A DNA stretch of 44,601 bases from a virus (IMGVR_UViG_2711768005_000013), one strand, 5' to 3'. Shown: positions 1 through 11,571, counted from the stretch's first letter. Numbers and translations: made by a program. Notes: generated by a model from the letters alone, not told the origin.

Positions 1-501
1 GTTAAACTGCACGCCAGCTCCCCACGCCAGAGACGTGTTGCTGTGGCGACCGTCATCACTTCCGGTCAGCACGTCGTGCGTTTTCCCCTTGTTGTCAGTT
101 ACGCGGAGATAATCCCCGGAGAAAGTCGACACACGGCTGTAAGCCACACCCGCCATCGCATACGCGCTGAACCATTCATTCACGCGCACAGACGGCCCCG
201 CCATTACGCTGAACCAGCGGTTACGAACGGAATCTTCATGCCAGCGGGTATCGCTGTAACGGGTCAGCTGGCGATTCTTGTCTCCTGCATAGCTGAATGA
301 CGTCACCAGCCCCAGCGTATCCGTAAACTCATAACGGTATTTCACGTTAATCCCGTTCAGATCATCACTGCCGGGAACGTTGGTCCGGGCATGAAGATAC
401 CCCGCGCTCAGCGTGGACTGATGTTCAGACGCCCATGCAGGCGCACCGGATACGGCCAGACAAATGGCTGCGGACAAAATGGCGGCACAAACTTTACGCA
501 T
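1..501 (-). CDS. lom: Lom-family outer membrane protein, partial (C-terminus lies beyond window start)
   Basis: Minus-strand frame from ATG at 499-501 translates MRKVCAAILSAAICLAVSGAPAWASEHQSTLSAGYLHA..., near-identical to lambda Lom N-terminus; frame open to position 1. Confidence 0.85.
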   Translation of the reverse strand, partial: MRKVCAAILSAAICLAVSGAPAWASEHQSTLSAGYLHARTNVPGSDDLNGINVKYRYEFTDTLGLVTSFSYAGDKNRQLTRYSDTRWHEDSVRNRWFSVMAGPSVRVNEWFSAYAMAGVAYSRVSTFSGDYLRVTDNKGKTHDVLTGSDDGRHSNTSLAWGAGVQFN

Positions 502-523
502 AATTACCTCTCGCTTTTCTGCA

Positions 524-549
524 ATAAAAAAGGCGTCATTCCTGACGCC
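524..549 (-). terminator. Intrinsic terminator between J and lom
   Basis: Minus-strand hairpin GGCGTCA-GGAA-TGACGCC (532-549) followed by TTTTTT (526-531 plus strand AAAAAA). Confidence 0.5.
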
Positions 550-571
550 ATTTATTGGGGTTATAAATATT

Positions 572-3500
572 TCAACGAATACTGATGCCGGAAGCCGCTT
601 TTTTGGTCACAATCACCGTACAGTCGGTGATATTGCCTGCCCCCTGATTGCCTTTCTGGAAAATCTTAAACTCCAGAGTGACGCTACCACCACCACTAGG
701 CATATCAATAACTGCACTGTAACTACCGGGAATGGCCCCTTTAGTTTCTCTGGATGCGATTAATACGCCGTTTTTGCGAACTTCAAAACCATAACCCGTG
801 TATCGCGTGCCTCCTGGGTTATTTCCGCTCCCCGGATCGTCATACGCTATACCGTTAAAAATAATGGGCGGAATAATAATCTGGCGGTCAAAGTTATGAT
901 CATCGCTGATGGTGACTGTAACCGTACCGTCTGGTGTTTCCGTGTTACCCCACGTACCGACTTTTTTCGGGAAGGCTTTTGATACAGCTTTAACGAAATC
1001 CCCTCTGACCTGGGTCGCCTCCAGCATGCCCTTAATCGTACAGTTCTGGTTAATCGTGACATTGTTGAGCGTTCCTGAGTTCGCATTCACACTACCACTG
1101 ATATCCGCATTTTTAGCGGTCAGCTTTCCGTCTGATGTCAGGGAAAATACCGGAGGACTGCCACCGCTGGTAATGGCGGGGGCTGTCAGGCGCTTCAGGA
1201 ACACGTCGTTCATGAATATCTGGTTGCCCTGCGCCACAAACATCGGCGTTTCATTCCCGTTTGCCGGGTCAATAAACGCGATACGGTTAGCGGCAACCAG
1301 AAACTGGCTCAGTTTGCCTTCCTCCGTGTCCTCCATGCTGAGGCCAATACCCGCGACATAATGTTTGCCGTCTTTGGTCTGCTCAATTTTGACGCCCCAC
1401 ATCGCATTCCATTTATCGTTAGCGTCCTTCCACTCTTTCGAAAACTCATCCAGTCTGCTGGCGTTATCCTCCGTCAGATCAACTTTTTCCAGCAGCTCTT
1501 TACCGAGATGGGATTCGGTTATCTTGCCTTTGAAAAAATCCAGGTAACCTTCCGCATCATCGCTCGCCCGACCGACGGCCTCCACGAATGCCGATTTGCC
1601 AACGGTGTTCACACTGCGGATATAAAAGTAATAATCATGGCCCGGTTTGATATTGATACTGGCGGCTATCCAGTACAGCCCCGCGCCAAGGTAGCGGGCT
1701 GTGGTTTCAACCTGCCTGATATCGGTAATCCGCGTTTCCGAGAACCAGAACTCAAACTGTACCGTCGGATCATAAACCGCAAGATGCGGCGTGGCAGTTA
1801 TCTGAAAATAGCCCGGCGTCAGCTCAATCCGCGACGGTGCTACCGGTGCGGCAATCCTGAACGATACCGACGCCGGATCGCCCTGCTGTCCCCAGGCATT
1901 TACCGCCCGGACTGTCAGCGTGTACCGTCCCAGCGCCAGTTGCGTGAAGCGGTATGTGGTTTCCGTCGTCCGGGCCGTGCTGACCAGCCGCTCACTGCCG
2001 TCATCCGCTGCCACGGTCAGGCGAAGCATAAAGCTCACCCCCTTCACCACCTTCGGCGTGTCCCAGCGCGCCAGCACCTGATATTCCCCGCTGTCTGCGG
2101 TGACTTCGGCAGTCAGGTGCTGCACCGCTGGCGGCGTGACACCATTCACCGTGCCGCTCTGGTCGCCGTCAAAGTGCGCCCCGTTATCCACGATGGCTTC
2201 TTTTTCCGGTACATGCTGCACGGCAGTGATGGCATACGTGCCGTCATCGTTCTCACGGATACTCACACAGCGGAACAGGCGCTGGCGCAACGTCGGCAGC
2301 TTCAGCCCCCACACGCTGTATTCAGCAACGCCGTCAGGAACACGGCTCACTTTCACCTTCACGCCGTCGGTGACGGACTGAACCTCCACGCTGACCGGAT
2401 TGCCACTTCCGTCAACCAGGCTTATCAGCATGGTACCGGAGGATGGCAGCGTGATTTCACGGTCGAGCGTCAGCGTCCGGGTCTGGCTGTTTACCGCCAG
2501 CACGCGCCCGCCGATGCTGATACCCGCATAGTCATCATCACAGATTTCAATGACATCGCCCGGCACATGGCGAAGCCCTTCTGCGCCCACGCTGAAGTCC
2601 ACGGTCTGCGTTTCCAGCAGTTCTGTTTTAATCAGCCACAGCCCGGCGCGGTGTGCCTGCCCCCGGCNNNNNNNNNNNNNNNNNNNNNNNNNNNNNNNNN
2701 NNNNNNNNNNNNNNNNNNNNNNNNNNNNNNNNNNNNNNNNNNNNNNNNNNNNNNNNNNNNNNNNNNNNNNNNNNNNNNNNNNNNNNNNNNNNNNNNNNNN
2801 NNNNNNNNNNNNNNNNNNNNNNNNNNNNNNNNNNNNNNNNNNNNNNNNNNNNNNNNNNNNNNNNNNNNNNNNNNNNNNNNNNNNNNNNNNNNNNNNNNNN
2901 NNNNNNNNNNNNNNNNNNNNNNNNNNNNNNNNNNNNNNNNNNNNNNNNNNNNNNNNNNNNNNNNACAGCGCATCGCCGAGCAGAAATCACTGAGCACATC
3001 CCACGCCTTGCGCTGTGTGGTCAGGTACGCATTACAGGTGATGCGCGGCTCCGTGCCGCCAAAGCCGTCCGGCACTGACTGGTCGCAGTACTGGCCGATG
3101 ACATACAGCGCCCATTTGTCCACATCCGCCGCACCAAGACGTTTCCCCATGCCGTAGCGCGGGTGGGTCAGCATATCCCACAGACACCAGGCCATGTTGT
3201 TGCTGTATGCTGGTTTTAACGTTCCGTCCCAGATACCGCTGTATTGTCGCGTCTGCGGGTTATAGTTCGACGGCACCTGCAGAATGCGCCCGCGAAGATG
3301 ATAATTACGACTCACCTGCTGGCTGCCGAACTGCTCCGAGTCCACCTGTACGCCGACCAGTGCAGTGTTCGGGTAGCACTGTTTCACATCGATGATTTCG
3401 GTGTATGACGACCAGAGCGTTTTGTTCTGCAGCTGGTCTGTGGTGCTGTCCGGTGTCATCCTGCGCATCCGGATACTGAACGGGCGCGGAGGCAGGTTAT

Positions 3501-4008
3501 CCACCACCACCGAGACCAGATACTGCGAGGTGGTTTTGCCCTTAATGGTGATGTCTTTTTCCGTCACCCAGCCACCGTTACGCTGTATCTGAACCAGCAG
3601 GCGGACTTCCGACGGATTCCTGTCTCCCTTTGAGGTGGTTTCCACCAGTGCCTGTACACCGAAGGTAAAGCGCAGACGGTCGATGTTTGCCGACGTGATG
3701 GTCCGGGTGATCGGCGTGTCATATTTCACTTCCGTACCCAGCACCGTCTCGGAGCCGGAGGATTCAAACCCCTCCGGCGGTGACTGCTCCTGCTCACCTG
3801 CCCGGAACACCACCGTGACGCCGGAGATGTTGGTATTCCCCTCATTGTCCAGCACCGGCGTACTGTTCAGCAGCACGCTTTTTAATCCATCCACCGGACC
3901 TTCAACCGGCCCTTCACTGATGGCATCGATCACACTCAGCAGCTGCGTGGACTTCAGGTTGTCCTTCGCTTCGCGCGGGGTATGCCCCTTACTGCTGCCT
4001 TTACCCAT
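572..4008 (-). CDS. J: Tail tip / host specificity protein J (interrupted by an N run)
   Basis: N-terminus [34 protein letters not shown] matches lambda J; conserved central region; C-terminal about 150 aa diverges from lambda J; total length not a multiple of 3 because of the N run. Confidence 0.9.
2669..2964. other. Run of N (unresolved or masked sequence) inside J
   Basis: Contiguous n characters in the sequence. Confidence 1.
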
Positions 4009-4068
4009 TCCTCACGCTCCATAAACGACAAAACCGCCCGGAGGCGGTTTCACATAAAACATTTTGCA

Positions 4069-4716
4069 TCAGCGACCAATCACCACAACCTGACCACCAT
4101 CCCCTTCGTCTGCCGTGCTGATCTCCTGAGAAACCACACGTGACCCCACGCGCATTTCCCCGTACAGAACAGGCAGAACATTACCCTGGGCAACCATGTT
4201 ATCCAGTGACGAGAAATACGTGTTCTGTTTGCCGTTATCTGTACTGGCTGCCGTGGGCGTCCTGGCTTTCGGTGCCAGCATCTGCGCCACACCACCCAGG
4301 ATCATACTGGCCCCTGCTGCATACATACCCGATACAGCCGCGGCCCCCAGCCAGCCCACAGGGTTCCACCATGCCACCGCAATCAGCGCCGCACCCAGCA
4401 CCGCCTGAAACACACCGCCACTTTTGGCACCCGCCAGACGCGGAACGATGTGGATCACGGCACCATTTGCCAGCGGTTCATTAAGACGGGCAGATAATTC
4501 ATTTTCGCCTGCATCACGCCCGGCAATGCGCACCTGATACCAGCCGTCGCTCAGTTTCTGACGAAATGCCGGGAGCTGTGTGGCCAGTGCCCGGATGGCT
4601 TCGGCCCCCGTTTTCACACGAAGGTCGATGCGGCGGCCAAATCGCTGCAAATCCCCGTAAAGGCAGATGCGTGCCATGCCCGGTGACGCCAGAGGGAGTG
4701 TGTGCGTCGCTGCCAT
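4069..4716 (-). CDS. I: Tail assembly protein I
   Basis: MAATHTLPLASPGMARICLYGDLQRFGRRIDLRVKTGAEAIRALATQL matches lambda I; overlaps the K 3-prime end as in lambda. Confidence 0.85.
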   Translation of the reverse strand: MAATHTLPLASPGMARICLYGDLQRFGRRIDLRVKTGAEAIRALATQLPAFRQKLSDGWYQVRIAGRDAGENELSARLNEPLANGAVIHIVPRLAGAKSGGVFQAVLGAALIAVAWWNPVGWLGAAAVSGMYAAGASMILGGVAQMLAPKARTPTAASTDNGKQNTYFSSLDNMVAQGNVLPVLYGEMRVGSRVVSQEISTADEGDGGQVVVIGR

Positions 4717-5357
4717 TTGTCGGTGTACCTCTCTCGTTTACTCAGTTGTTCAGGAATATGGTGCAGCAGCTCGCCGTCACCACAGTAAATGGCGGCATGA
4801 TTCGGCACCGATGAACCAAAACAGCACAGCAGCACATCGCCCGGCTGCGCCGTTGACAACGGCACCTGATACAGCCCTGTAGCCTCCAGATTATCCAGAT
4901 AGAGATTCTGACCGTGACGCCACCAGTCATCCCCGCGATGAAAATCCGGCATCTCAATCCCCGCCAGATGGTAAGCGTCCCGGAACAGCGTGTAACAGTC
5001 CGTCACCCCGTGCTCAAAGCGCCGCCCGGTGAGATGCGGCACACAGCGGAACTTGTGAATCGCCCCGCGGCAGACCAGCCACCACGACAAATCACTCTGC
5101 ACCTGCAGCCGCCGGTCGGCCTCACTCAGCCAGGGCAGACCACCGGGGTGGCTGTGGACCAGCGCCACAATCTCACCCTGCATCTCTGCCTGCAGCCAGT
5201 CCTCCGGAGCCATCCGGAAATACTCCTCCGGCTCACCGGAAATATTCACGCAGGGAAAATATCTTTCCCCCTCCGGTGTTCTCACCACGAAGCCGCACGA
5301 CTCCGCTGGCGCACATCGCCGGGCGTGCGCCAGAATCGCTGATTCTGTCTGTGTCAT
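4614..5357 (-). CDS. K: Tail assembly protein K (JAB/MPN + NlpC/P60-like)
   Basis: MTQTESAILAHARRCAPAESCGFVV matches lambda K N-terminus; HSHPGG JAMM-like motif. Confidence 0.85.
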   Translation of the reverse strand: MTQTESAILAHARRCAPAESCGFVVRTPEGERYFPCVNISGEPEEYFRMAPEDWLQAEMQGEIVALVHSHPGGLPWLSEADRRLQVQSDLSWWLVCRGAIHKFRCVPHLTGRRFEHGVTDCYTLFRDAYHLAGIEMPDFHRGDDWWRHGQNLYLDNLEATGLYQVPLSTAQPGDVLLCCFGSSVPNHAAIYCGDGELLHHIPEQLSKRERYTDKWQRRTHSLWRHRAWHASAFTGICSDLAAASTFV

Positions 5358-5362
5358 GGGAT

Positions 5363-6061
5363 TTACTGCGAAAGTTTGTTAATGGAAAGGAAGCCGCCAA
5401 AGTTGCCGACGTTATTGCGGAACTTACAACCGCTCAGGCATTTGCTGCATTTATCCTTCGTGATATCGGACGTTGGCTGGTCATATTCATCCGCGACAGC
5501 CGGACCGTGATAACCGCACTCATCACCGCGATAGGTCCAGGTGCAGGTATTAGCAAGCATGATGCGCCCCGGAAAAACAGCGCCGTCCGTTTCCGTCGGC
5601 GTGGACAGTACAAAGGAGGCACTGACCGCGCTCAGTTCGCTGCACTGCTCAATACGCCAGCGGCTGATCACCTCCTGCTCCGGATCGGCGTCACTGTTTC
5701 CGTTGACGAAGTTCACCGCATCCAGAAAACGGGCGTAAACCTTACGCCTGACCACCGTTCCGCCGACCAGACTCTGCAGGTCTTCCGCCATCCCGGTGAC
5801 CATGCCGTGCAGATTAGAGACTTTCAGCGTTGGCCTTGCACTGGCACCTTTGCCGTTCATCTCAAATCCACTCCCCTGAATGGGATAGGCCTGATACTGC
5901 CGACTCTGCCAGGTGACAGACTCTCCTTTCTCGTTCTGCTCATTGCAGAAAAAGTAGCGATCCCCGCCTACCTCGGTCAGGTCGATTTCCCAGAGCACCA
6001 CGCTGGCCGACTGCTCCGCACGAATGCATTCATTCAGCGTTTCCTGTTGTATGTCCTGCAT
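5363..6061 (-). CDS. L: Minor tail protein L
   Basis: 232 aa, position and size as lambda L; C-terminal Cys cluster (CSKCLSGC). Confidence 0.8.
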   Translation of the reverse strand: MQDIQQETLNECIRAEQSASVVLWEIDLTEVGGDRYFFCNEQNEKGESVTWQSRQYQAYPIQGSGFEMNGKGASARPTLKVSNLHGMVTGMAEDLQSLVGGTVVRRKVYARFLDAVNFVNGNSDADPEQEVISRWRIEQCSELSAVSASFVLSTPTETDGAVFPGRIMLANTCTWTYRGDECGYHGPAVADEYDQPTSDITKDKCSKCLSGCKFRNNVGNFGGFLSINKLSQ

Positions 6062-6399
6062 CAGATCACCACTTCGTCAAACTGACACGAAAAATCGGTA
6101 TAGGTGATATGTTCTGTCGCTGACCACGTTCGACACACCACTCTGATTTTTCTGTTAATACCCGGCGGGCGCCAAAAAAAAGATTTATAGCCTTCATGCC
6201 GGGCTAAAAATTTTTCAAATGAATCACGTTCATTCGCCTCAACTTTGAAATCACAGGTGAAAACGCGCAGAGAATGATTAAGTCCATTTGGACTTCGTTG
6301 CTCATAACCATCACCAAATCTTACAGTTTTTATCGATGGTTTATTTTCTGTTTTCATTCCATCCTCTGGTAACCAGTGAAATTCTTCCGTATTAGCCAC
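6061..6399 (-). CDS. M: Minor tail protein M
   Basis: 112 aa between H and L with [10 protein letters not shown] motif resembling lambda M (VRFGDGYSQR). Confidence 0.75.
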   Translation of the reverse strand: MANTEEFHWLPEDGMKTENKPSIKTVRFGDGYEQRSPNGLNHSLRVFTCDFKVEANERDSFEKFLARHEGYKSFFWRPPGINRKIRVVCRTWSATEHITYTDFSCQFDEVVI

Positions 6400-9300
6400 T
6401 TAACATTCCCCCATCACGTCGCATATTTAACAGATTGCCCTGCACCCGCTGATCAACCATCCCCATAAGTGCTTTTATTGCCTGAGGGCCAATCTCTCCA
6501 TTCTGGCCGTCATTTTGAATAGTGATTTGGTATACAGGGGCATAGGTAATATCTCCGCCTCCATTACCACTTTTACTATTAATAGCTCTGACACCAAGAG
6601 AACCATCGGAAGTTCGTGTTAATGGCATAATGGCTTCCGGTCCAGCCTCACCAAAAACACCAGCCCCTTTTGCAAAAGCAAAAAATTGCGGGGAATCATA
6701 AATACCGTTCGAATACGTGCTCAATGACGGAGACTCATAAACACCGCCCTTTGCATTCGGAATAAATTTACTAATAGCACTCCCGATAGTTCCTAAAATC
6801 CCCCCAGAAGAACTGTTACTAATGCTGTCGAAAATCCCAGTAATTGAAGCCTTTAATGCTATTCGACTAAGATCCGAAATCACGGAAGTAGCGAAAGAAC
6901 GAAAATTTGCCTTGCCTGTCGTGACAAAATCACCCAGCGCATCGGTCATCCCATCAAACATCTGAGTCGTGGTTGATTTTATCTGCTCACTGATATCCTT
7001 AGTGTCATCCAGCCAGTTATTGAATCCCTGGGAGGCACCACTAACCCAGTCTCCTGCCTGAATATCGAGCTGCTCGTTTTTCTGTCTGACAATTTCTTTT
7101 TCCCGTTCCAGAGCATCATTCAGAGCCTGCATTTTCTCTTGAAAAACATGATCTGACATTCCACGGGATTTATCTGCATAGTCACGTTCAAGTTGCAGAC
7201 GCTGATTGTTATATCCATGTTCAATCCGCAGTAATTCCTGCTGGCGTTGCTGATTTTTATCGCCAACCCCATAACCAGCAATCTGAATATCATACCCCTG
7301 CTGACGATTATCAATCGAAGCCTGCAATGAATCACGCCATGCTGTTATTTCGGCGGATTCCTTGATTAGCCTGTTATTTTTTTCAATCGCAACATTTTTC
7401 TCCATCAACGTGGTTATTTCTTCCCGGTGTAAGAGAAGCGATTTCTGATCCTGGGTTAATTTCGATGATGGTCGTGACTCTAGGTCGGCAATCCGCTGAC
7501 GCCACTTAACCAGTTCCTGTTCAGAGGAACTTAATTTAACGGTCAACTCAGCTTGTGAACTTAGTAACGCATTCTGTTGATTCAGATGATCAATCATTCG
7601 TTGGGCTGCATCATCAGAATAACCTTTCGCCTTTGGTTGCTTTGGATCTTTATAACGCTCATTTATTTGAGCGATAAGATTATTATATTCTTCCTTTGAA
7701 TACTGATTCTTTAGCTTTTCCAGTTTTGCAAGTTCACTAGCTCTCTGCTGCTCCCGGGTCTGATATTGTTTTGAAAAGGCATCTGCTCTCTGTCTGAGTT
7801 CAATTCCTTCCTGTTGTCGCTTGTTGTAATCGTTTATTGATGAATTTAGTACGTCCTGAGCAATTTTTTCTGCTTGAAGTACGCCCAATTGCTGCTTTAA
7901 TCGTGCCAGCCTTTTATTTTGAGCTCCGCCATCTCCAATGCCACCTAACCCGAAAACTCCGGGTCGGGTATTTTTTTCTATTTCATCAATTTGACGGAGA
8001 ACATCTGAGATTTTTTGATCAAGGGAGGCCTCACGGCCAATATCCAGCATGGAATCCCATGCCCATTTTGCGGAGTCTGCGACAGCTTTCCATGCAGTCT
8101 CAAGATAACCAAGATTTTCTTTAATCTGGTTGGTGCGCTGGATCATTGAGGATGAGTATTCTTCTGTCGCAATGCGGGCGGCCTCCTGCTGGTTCCCTTC
8201 ATCCTGTAGCGCCTTAATCTGGTTATAAGTCGCAAGTGTCAGAAAATGGTACTGATCATTAAGTTTTGATATGGCACTGACAGGATCCTTTGCAATTTCA
8301 TTGAAGTCATTAACCAGTTGTTCGGTTGATATTCCTGTTACTTCGCTCGTTTTTACTATCGCTGTCGTCACTTGCTCCAGCGAACTGCTCGCTACCTTTC
8401 CCGAACGCACAAGCTGATTTAATACTGCCGCCGCAGCACCAGTTGTCGAATCAGCCGCATTCCCGGCACGTTGAGCTATATCGCCCAATTGCCCGCTGGT
8501 TGTCCCCAACTGATTTCCGGTAAGAATAAGAGATTTATTAAATTCGTCCTGCTCCTGAGAGCCTTTATAGTAAGCCAGTCCTAAGACCCCAACGGCTGCT
8601 GCGGCCAGGGTAAAAGGATTAATTAATCCCAGCACATAAGAACCTACACCTTTGATCGCCGGGCCAATCCCACCGAACATATCTTTTAGCTGGCCGCCCT
8701 GCTGCATTAACACCATAAATGGCGACTGACCAGTGGACAACCCAACAACAATATCCGTCATTTGTACAGGCAACATGCGCATAGCAAAAGCCGTTTGTTT
8801 TGCCGACATTCCGGTTTTGCTTAATTGTGATTGAGTAACCTCAAGCTCACTCCGCATAGCACGAAGTTTTCCAGAAAGCTCCTCATACATTTCAGGAGAA
8901 AGCATCCCCTTAGCTTTTGCTTCATTGAGCTGTTTCTGTTGTTCTACCAGACGATTAAAAGCAGTTCCGACAGGATCAAGTTGAGCAATCAGACGTTGCA
9001 AAGCAACAACCTGTTCATCATGCGCTTTTGCTGCTTCTCGCTCTGCCTGAGCCTCTCCGGTAAGCTCTCGCCGTGTTTCCTGTATTTTTCGGCTATAATT
9101 CTCAAACTGAGAACCATTTATTTTCCCGGATGCAAACGCAGCATTAAGTTCATCATGCTGTTGTTCAAGATTTCTTAGCGCCGCAGCCAGAGGGTCGATC
9201 TTGTCCAGCATTCTTTGAAAGGCCTGAGCCTGCGCTTCCTGCTGGGCGGCAGCAAGTTTTCCGGCCTTCTCGGCTTCTCTCTGCGCTTGCGCAACCCCGC

Positions 9301-9625
9301 TCAATTCCTCTGTGGTTTCATTAAGTTTACGGACAAGAAATTCATATTCTTCTTTATCAATAAGCCCTTTATCGAAAAATTTCTTTAATTCAGAATAGCG
9401 TCGACCGACAGTATCAATTGCGGCACCAACTGGATCAATAGCTGCTTTTAATTTTGCGAGCGCGTTCTTCTCATCTTCTGTTGCCTTAGTCACTTTCCCT
9501 GCGCTATTTGCAGCAGTTTCCCCAGCCTGCGTCATTTTGACTAATGAGGAGGTCAGATTGTCAGCATTATTTTTCGCTCCAGTGCTATCAATAATTATTG
9601 CGAGACGCGAGGTTTGCTCTGCCAT
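6392..9625 (-). CDS. H: Tail tape measure protein
   Basis: 1077 aa, coiled-coil-rich with repeated Q/E/A/K-rich segments and a hydrophobic central block; positioned between G/T and M. Confidence 0.9.
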   Translation of the reverse strand: MAEQTSRLAIIIDSTGAKNNADNLTSSLVKMTQAGETAANSAGKVTKATEDEKNALAKLKAAIDPVGAAIDTVGRRYSELKKFFDKGLIDKEEYEFLVRKLNETTEELSGVAQAQREAEKAGKLAAAQQEAQAQAFQRMLDKIDPLAAALRNLEQQHDELNAAFASGKINGSQFENYSRKIQETRRELTGEAQAEREAAKAHDEQVVALQRLIAQLDPVGTAFNRLVEQQKQLNEAKAKGMLSPEMYEELSGKLRAMRSELEVTQSQLSKTGMSAKQTAFAMRMLPVQMTDIVVGLSTGQSPFMVLMQQGGQLKDMFGGIGPAIKGVGSYVLGLINPFTLAAAAVGVLGLAYYKGSQEQDEFNKSLILTGNQLGTTSGQLGDIAQRAGNAADSTTGAAAAVLNQLVRSGKVASSSLEQVTTAIVKTSEVTGISTEQLVNDFNEIAKDPVSAISKLNDQYHFLTLATYNQIKALQDEGNQQEAARIATEEYSSSMIQRTNQIKENLGYLETAWKAVADSAKWAWDSMLDIGREASLDQKISDVLRQIDEIEKNTRPGVFGLGGIGDGGAQNKRLARLKQQLGVLQAEKIAQDVLNSSINDYNKRQQEGIELRQRADAFSKQYQTREQQRASELAKLEKLKNQYSKEEYNNLIAQINERYKDPKQPKAKGYSDDAAQRMIDHLNQQNALLSSQAELTVKLSSSEQELVKWRQRIADLESRPSSKLTQDQKSLLLHREEITTLMEKNVAIEKNNRLIKESAEITAWRDSLQASIDNRQQGYDIQIAGYGVGDKNQQRQQELLRIEHGYNNQRLQLERDYADKSRGMSDHVFQEKMQALNDALEREKEIVRQKNEQLDIQAGDWVSGASQGFNNWLDDTKDISEQIKSTTTQMFDGMTDALGDFVTTGKANFRSFATSVISDLSRIALKASITGIFDSISNSSSGGILGTIGSAISKFIPNAKGGVYESPSLSTYSNGIYDSPQFFAFAKGAGVFGEAGPEAIMPLTRTSDGSLGVRAINSKSGNGGGDITYAPVYQITIQNDGQNGEIGPQAIKALMGMVDQRVQGNLLNMRRDGGMLSG

Positions 9626-9640
9626 TTATTAAAACTCCTG

Positions 9641-9669
9641 ACAACAAAAAACCCACCGCGAAGTGGGTT
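9641..9669 (-). terminator. Terminator-like hairpin with U-tract about 20 nt upstream of the tape measure start
   Basis: Minus strand: AAACCCAC-TTCGCG-GTGGGTTT (perfect 8-bp stem) followed by TTTTTTGTTG. Confidence 0.45.
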
Positions 9670-9790
9670 TCAGGCGACATAATAGTAGATATAGCGATTA
9701 CGAGGCCACGCAATGCTTTTCTCCAGGAGCATCATCGATTTAATTAAAGACACCATCACATCTCTGTAACAGAGTGTACGTAATTAACAA

Positions 9791-10111
9791 CTACACACAC
9801 TGCTCCTGAAAATACTGGTCATCCAGTGCAAAGATCACTGCTTCAAATTCATCGCGCTCAATCAATACCGGATGAGTGGCTAAATATTCATTTATCTCTG
9901 TCAGAGATAAAGGCAAAGGCACCCCAGCCATTCCAGCATAACGTCGGGCACGGGATATTACCGAATAGGCGTACAACAACTCCTTAAGCACCGGGTCTAT
10001 TTCTGGTTCCGGTATCGGTGGCAACCTGAGTTTTTCTCGCTTCCATCTTGCCTTTTCCCCCCTTTCTCCCCCGAACTCCGATAACCACCGCTGGGCAGCT
10101 ATGGCTTTTTT
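9791..10111 (-). CDS. T segment of the G-T tail assembly chaperone fusion (reached by -1 frameshift from G)
   Basis: The -1 frame is open with no stop from the slippery heptamer through 9791 (AIAAQRWLSEFGGERGEKARWKREKLRLPPIPEPEIDPVLKELLYAY...). Confidence 0.6.
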   Translation of the reverse strand, partial: KKAIAAQRWLSEFGGERGEKARWKREKLRLPPIPEPEIDPVLKELLYAYSVISRARRYAGMAGVPLPLSLTEINEYLATHPVLIERDEFEAVIFALDDQYFQEQCV

Positions 10112-10560
10112 ATCGTATCCTGCTTCTGCTGCTCTTTACCCTGGGCGATGCTGGCTGCTTCTGCAAGGATCTGCCAGTACAACTCTGGATTCTGCTTAAG
10201 CAGCGCGATCCCTCGTTCTGCCGTATATTCCAGTGCAACCTCAACACCATTAACCAGTTCACCAACCCCTTTCCAGTCTTTCAGCAGATAACGAGCGGCA
10301 TTATCAATGAGTAAATCATCAACAGAATCCACCTCGGAAACCTTTGAAATATCAAACTCCTTCGTTCCGACGTGCAAACTGGCATCCATTTTCTCAATGT
10401 GGCGACGGATTAATGCATTACGGGAGCGATACTGATCGTTATCGCTGCTTGCCACCAACAGTTTTAACCCGTCTACAGGTTTTAAGTCCTTCATTGGCGT
10501 AAACCAGCGTTCTCCACCAATGATAATTTTCTGATTAAGAATAAACATCCATAACCTCAT
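10099..10560 (-). CDS. Tail assembly chaperone G
   Basis: 153 aa ORF immediately upstream of the slippery site; alternative ATG at 10548 (MFILNQ) with GAGG SD; not lambda G-like in sequence but in the G position. Confidence 0.65.
   Translation of the reverse strand: MRLWMFILNQKIIIGGERWFTPMKDLKPVDGLKLLVASSDNDQYRSRNALIRRHIEKMDASLHVGTKEFDISKVSEVDSVDDLLIDNAARYLLKDWKGVGELVNGVEVALEYTAERGIALLKQNPELYWQILAEAASIAQGKEQQKQDTIKKP
10105..10111 (-). promoter_or_regulatory. Programmed -1 ribosomal frameshift heptamer A_AAA_AAG
   Basis: Minus-strand AAAAAAG with zero-frame codons AAA AAG, two codons before the G stop codon TAG (10099-10101). Confidence 0.6.
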
Positions 10561-10608
10561 TCAATGCGTCCCCCTGTAGGGCAGTACCACAGGAGGAATA
10601 ACGGAAAA

Positions 10609-11571
10609 TCAACTAATCGCCTCAGCACTGGCTTTTGCGATCACGGCAGCCGGGGAATTTTTTTTTCTGGTTATCGTAGGTGCTTCATCTGCTGCGGTAA
10701 TGCTCAATTGAACCTGGATAATGTCGCTATTACCCCCATCAGGCCATTCACCTGACACCTGAACCTTCGGGAAACTGAAAGTGTATGCCCCCTCTCCATT
10801 CGAAAGCGTGAAGCTGAACGGAACTGTTTCTCCAGTCAGTGTTTTACTCCAGATTTCCCACGCGGCTTTAGACCATGAAAGCGTCACCGTACCGGACGGT
10901 GTAAAAGTAGTCGGAATATTTGCTCCTGCATAAGGCGAGCCAGTCCCGATACAACGCTGTGTCTGGAGTTTGTTATCGAACTGAATATCAAAACTGTCGA
11001 TACAAAAACCGTTACCTCCGGCAACACCATTCAGGCTTACTGCTGAAACCTCCTTAAACGAATAACGTAGCTTTCCTGCACTATCCACAGGTTCGCCTTT
11101 GATAAAATTCGTATCATCGGCCTTTGATTCCCAGTCCAGTCCGGCAAAGGTTACGGTCGCTGTAATATCGCCGTCGTTAGGGATCTGCATTTTCCATGAG
11201 CCAACCTGCGCTCCTCTGACGACAGAGGCAATTCCGACATCGGACGCATAGGTCGCCAGAGAAAATGTTATTCGCTCATTCCCCATTGTCAGAGAATCGC
11301 CTGACCATTCCGCGCCGAAACAGGATGCAAGAAAATCATCATGTTGACCCCAGCGAAATTTGGTACCAACATCACCGCCGACATCCACAGTGCCAGGCGT
11401 CGCCCCCTGAGCCATCCGGGAGCCACCAATCTCATTATTTTCGCCTTTATTCTGGGTGGGTTTTACTCCCCAGCTTGTGCGTTTTAATAAACTCCAGTCA
11501 CCACTTGCTGGCGTAGTGCCTGCAACCGTCTCCCGGATAAATGCCGAGATAACCTTTGCACCTGAACTCAC
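10609..11571 (-). CDS. Major tail protein
   Basis: 320 aa, position upstream of G/T; Thr/Ser/Gly-rich beta-type composition. Confidence 0.75.
   Translation of the reverse strand: MSSGAKVISAFIRETVAGTTPASGDWSLLKRTSWGVKPTQNKGENNEIGGSRMAQGATPGTVDVGGDVGTKFRWGQHDDFLASCFGAEWSGDSLTMGNERITFSLATYASDVGIASVVRGAQVGSWKMQIPNDGDITATVTFAGLDWESKADDTNFIKGEPVDSAGKLRYSFKEVSAVSLNGVAGGNGFCIDSFDIQFDNKLQTQRCIGTGSPYAGANIPTTFTPSGTVTLSWSKAAWEIWSKTLTGETVPFSFTLSNGEGAYTFSFPKVQVSGEWPDGGNSDIIQVQLSITAADEAPTITRKKNSPAAVIAKASAEAIS

Noticed and set aside
1361-3157. 598-aa plus-strand ORF
   Set aside because: Antisense to the well-supported J gene, spans the N run, no phage-like sequence; an artefact of the long open antisense frame
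5276-6085. 269-aa plus-strand ORF
   Set aside because: Antisense to the K and L tail genes; no supporting signals
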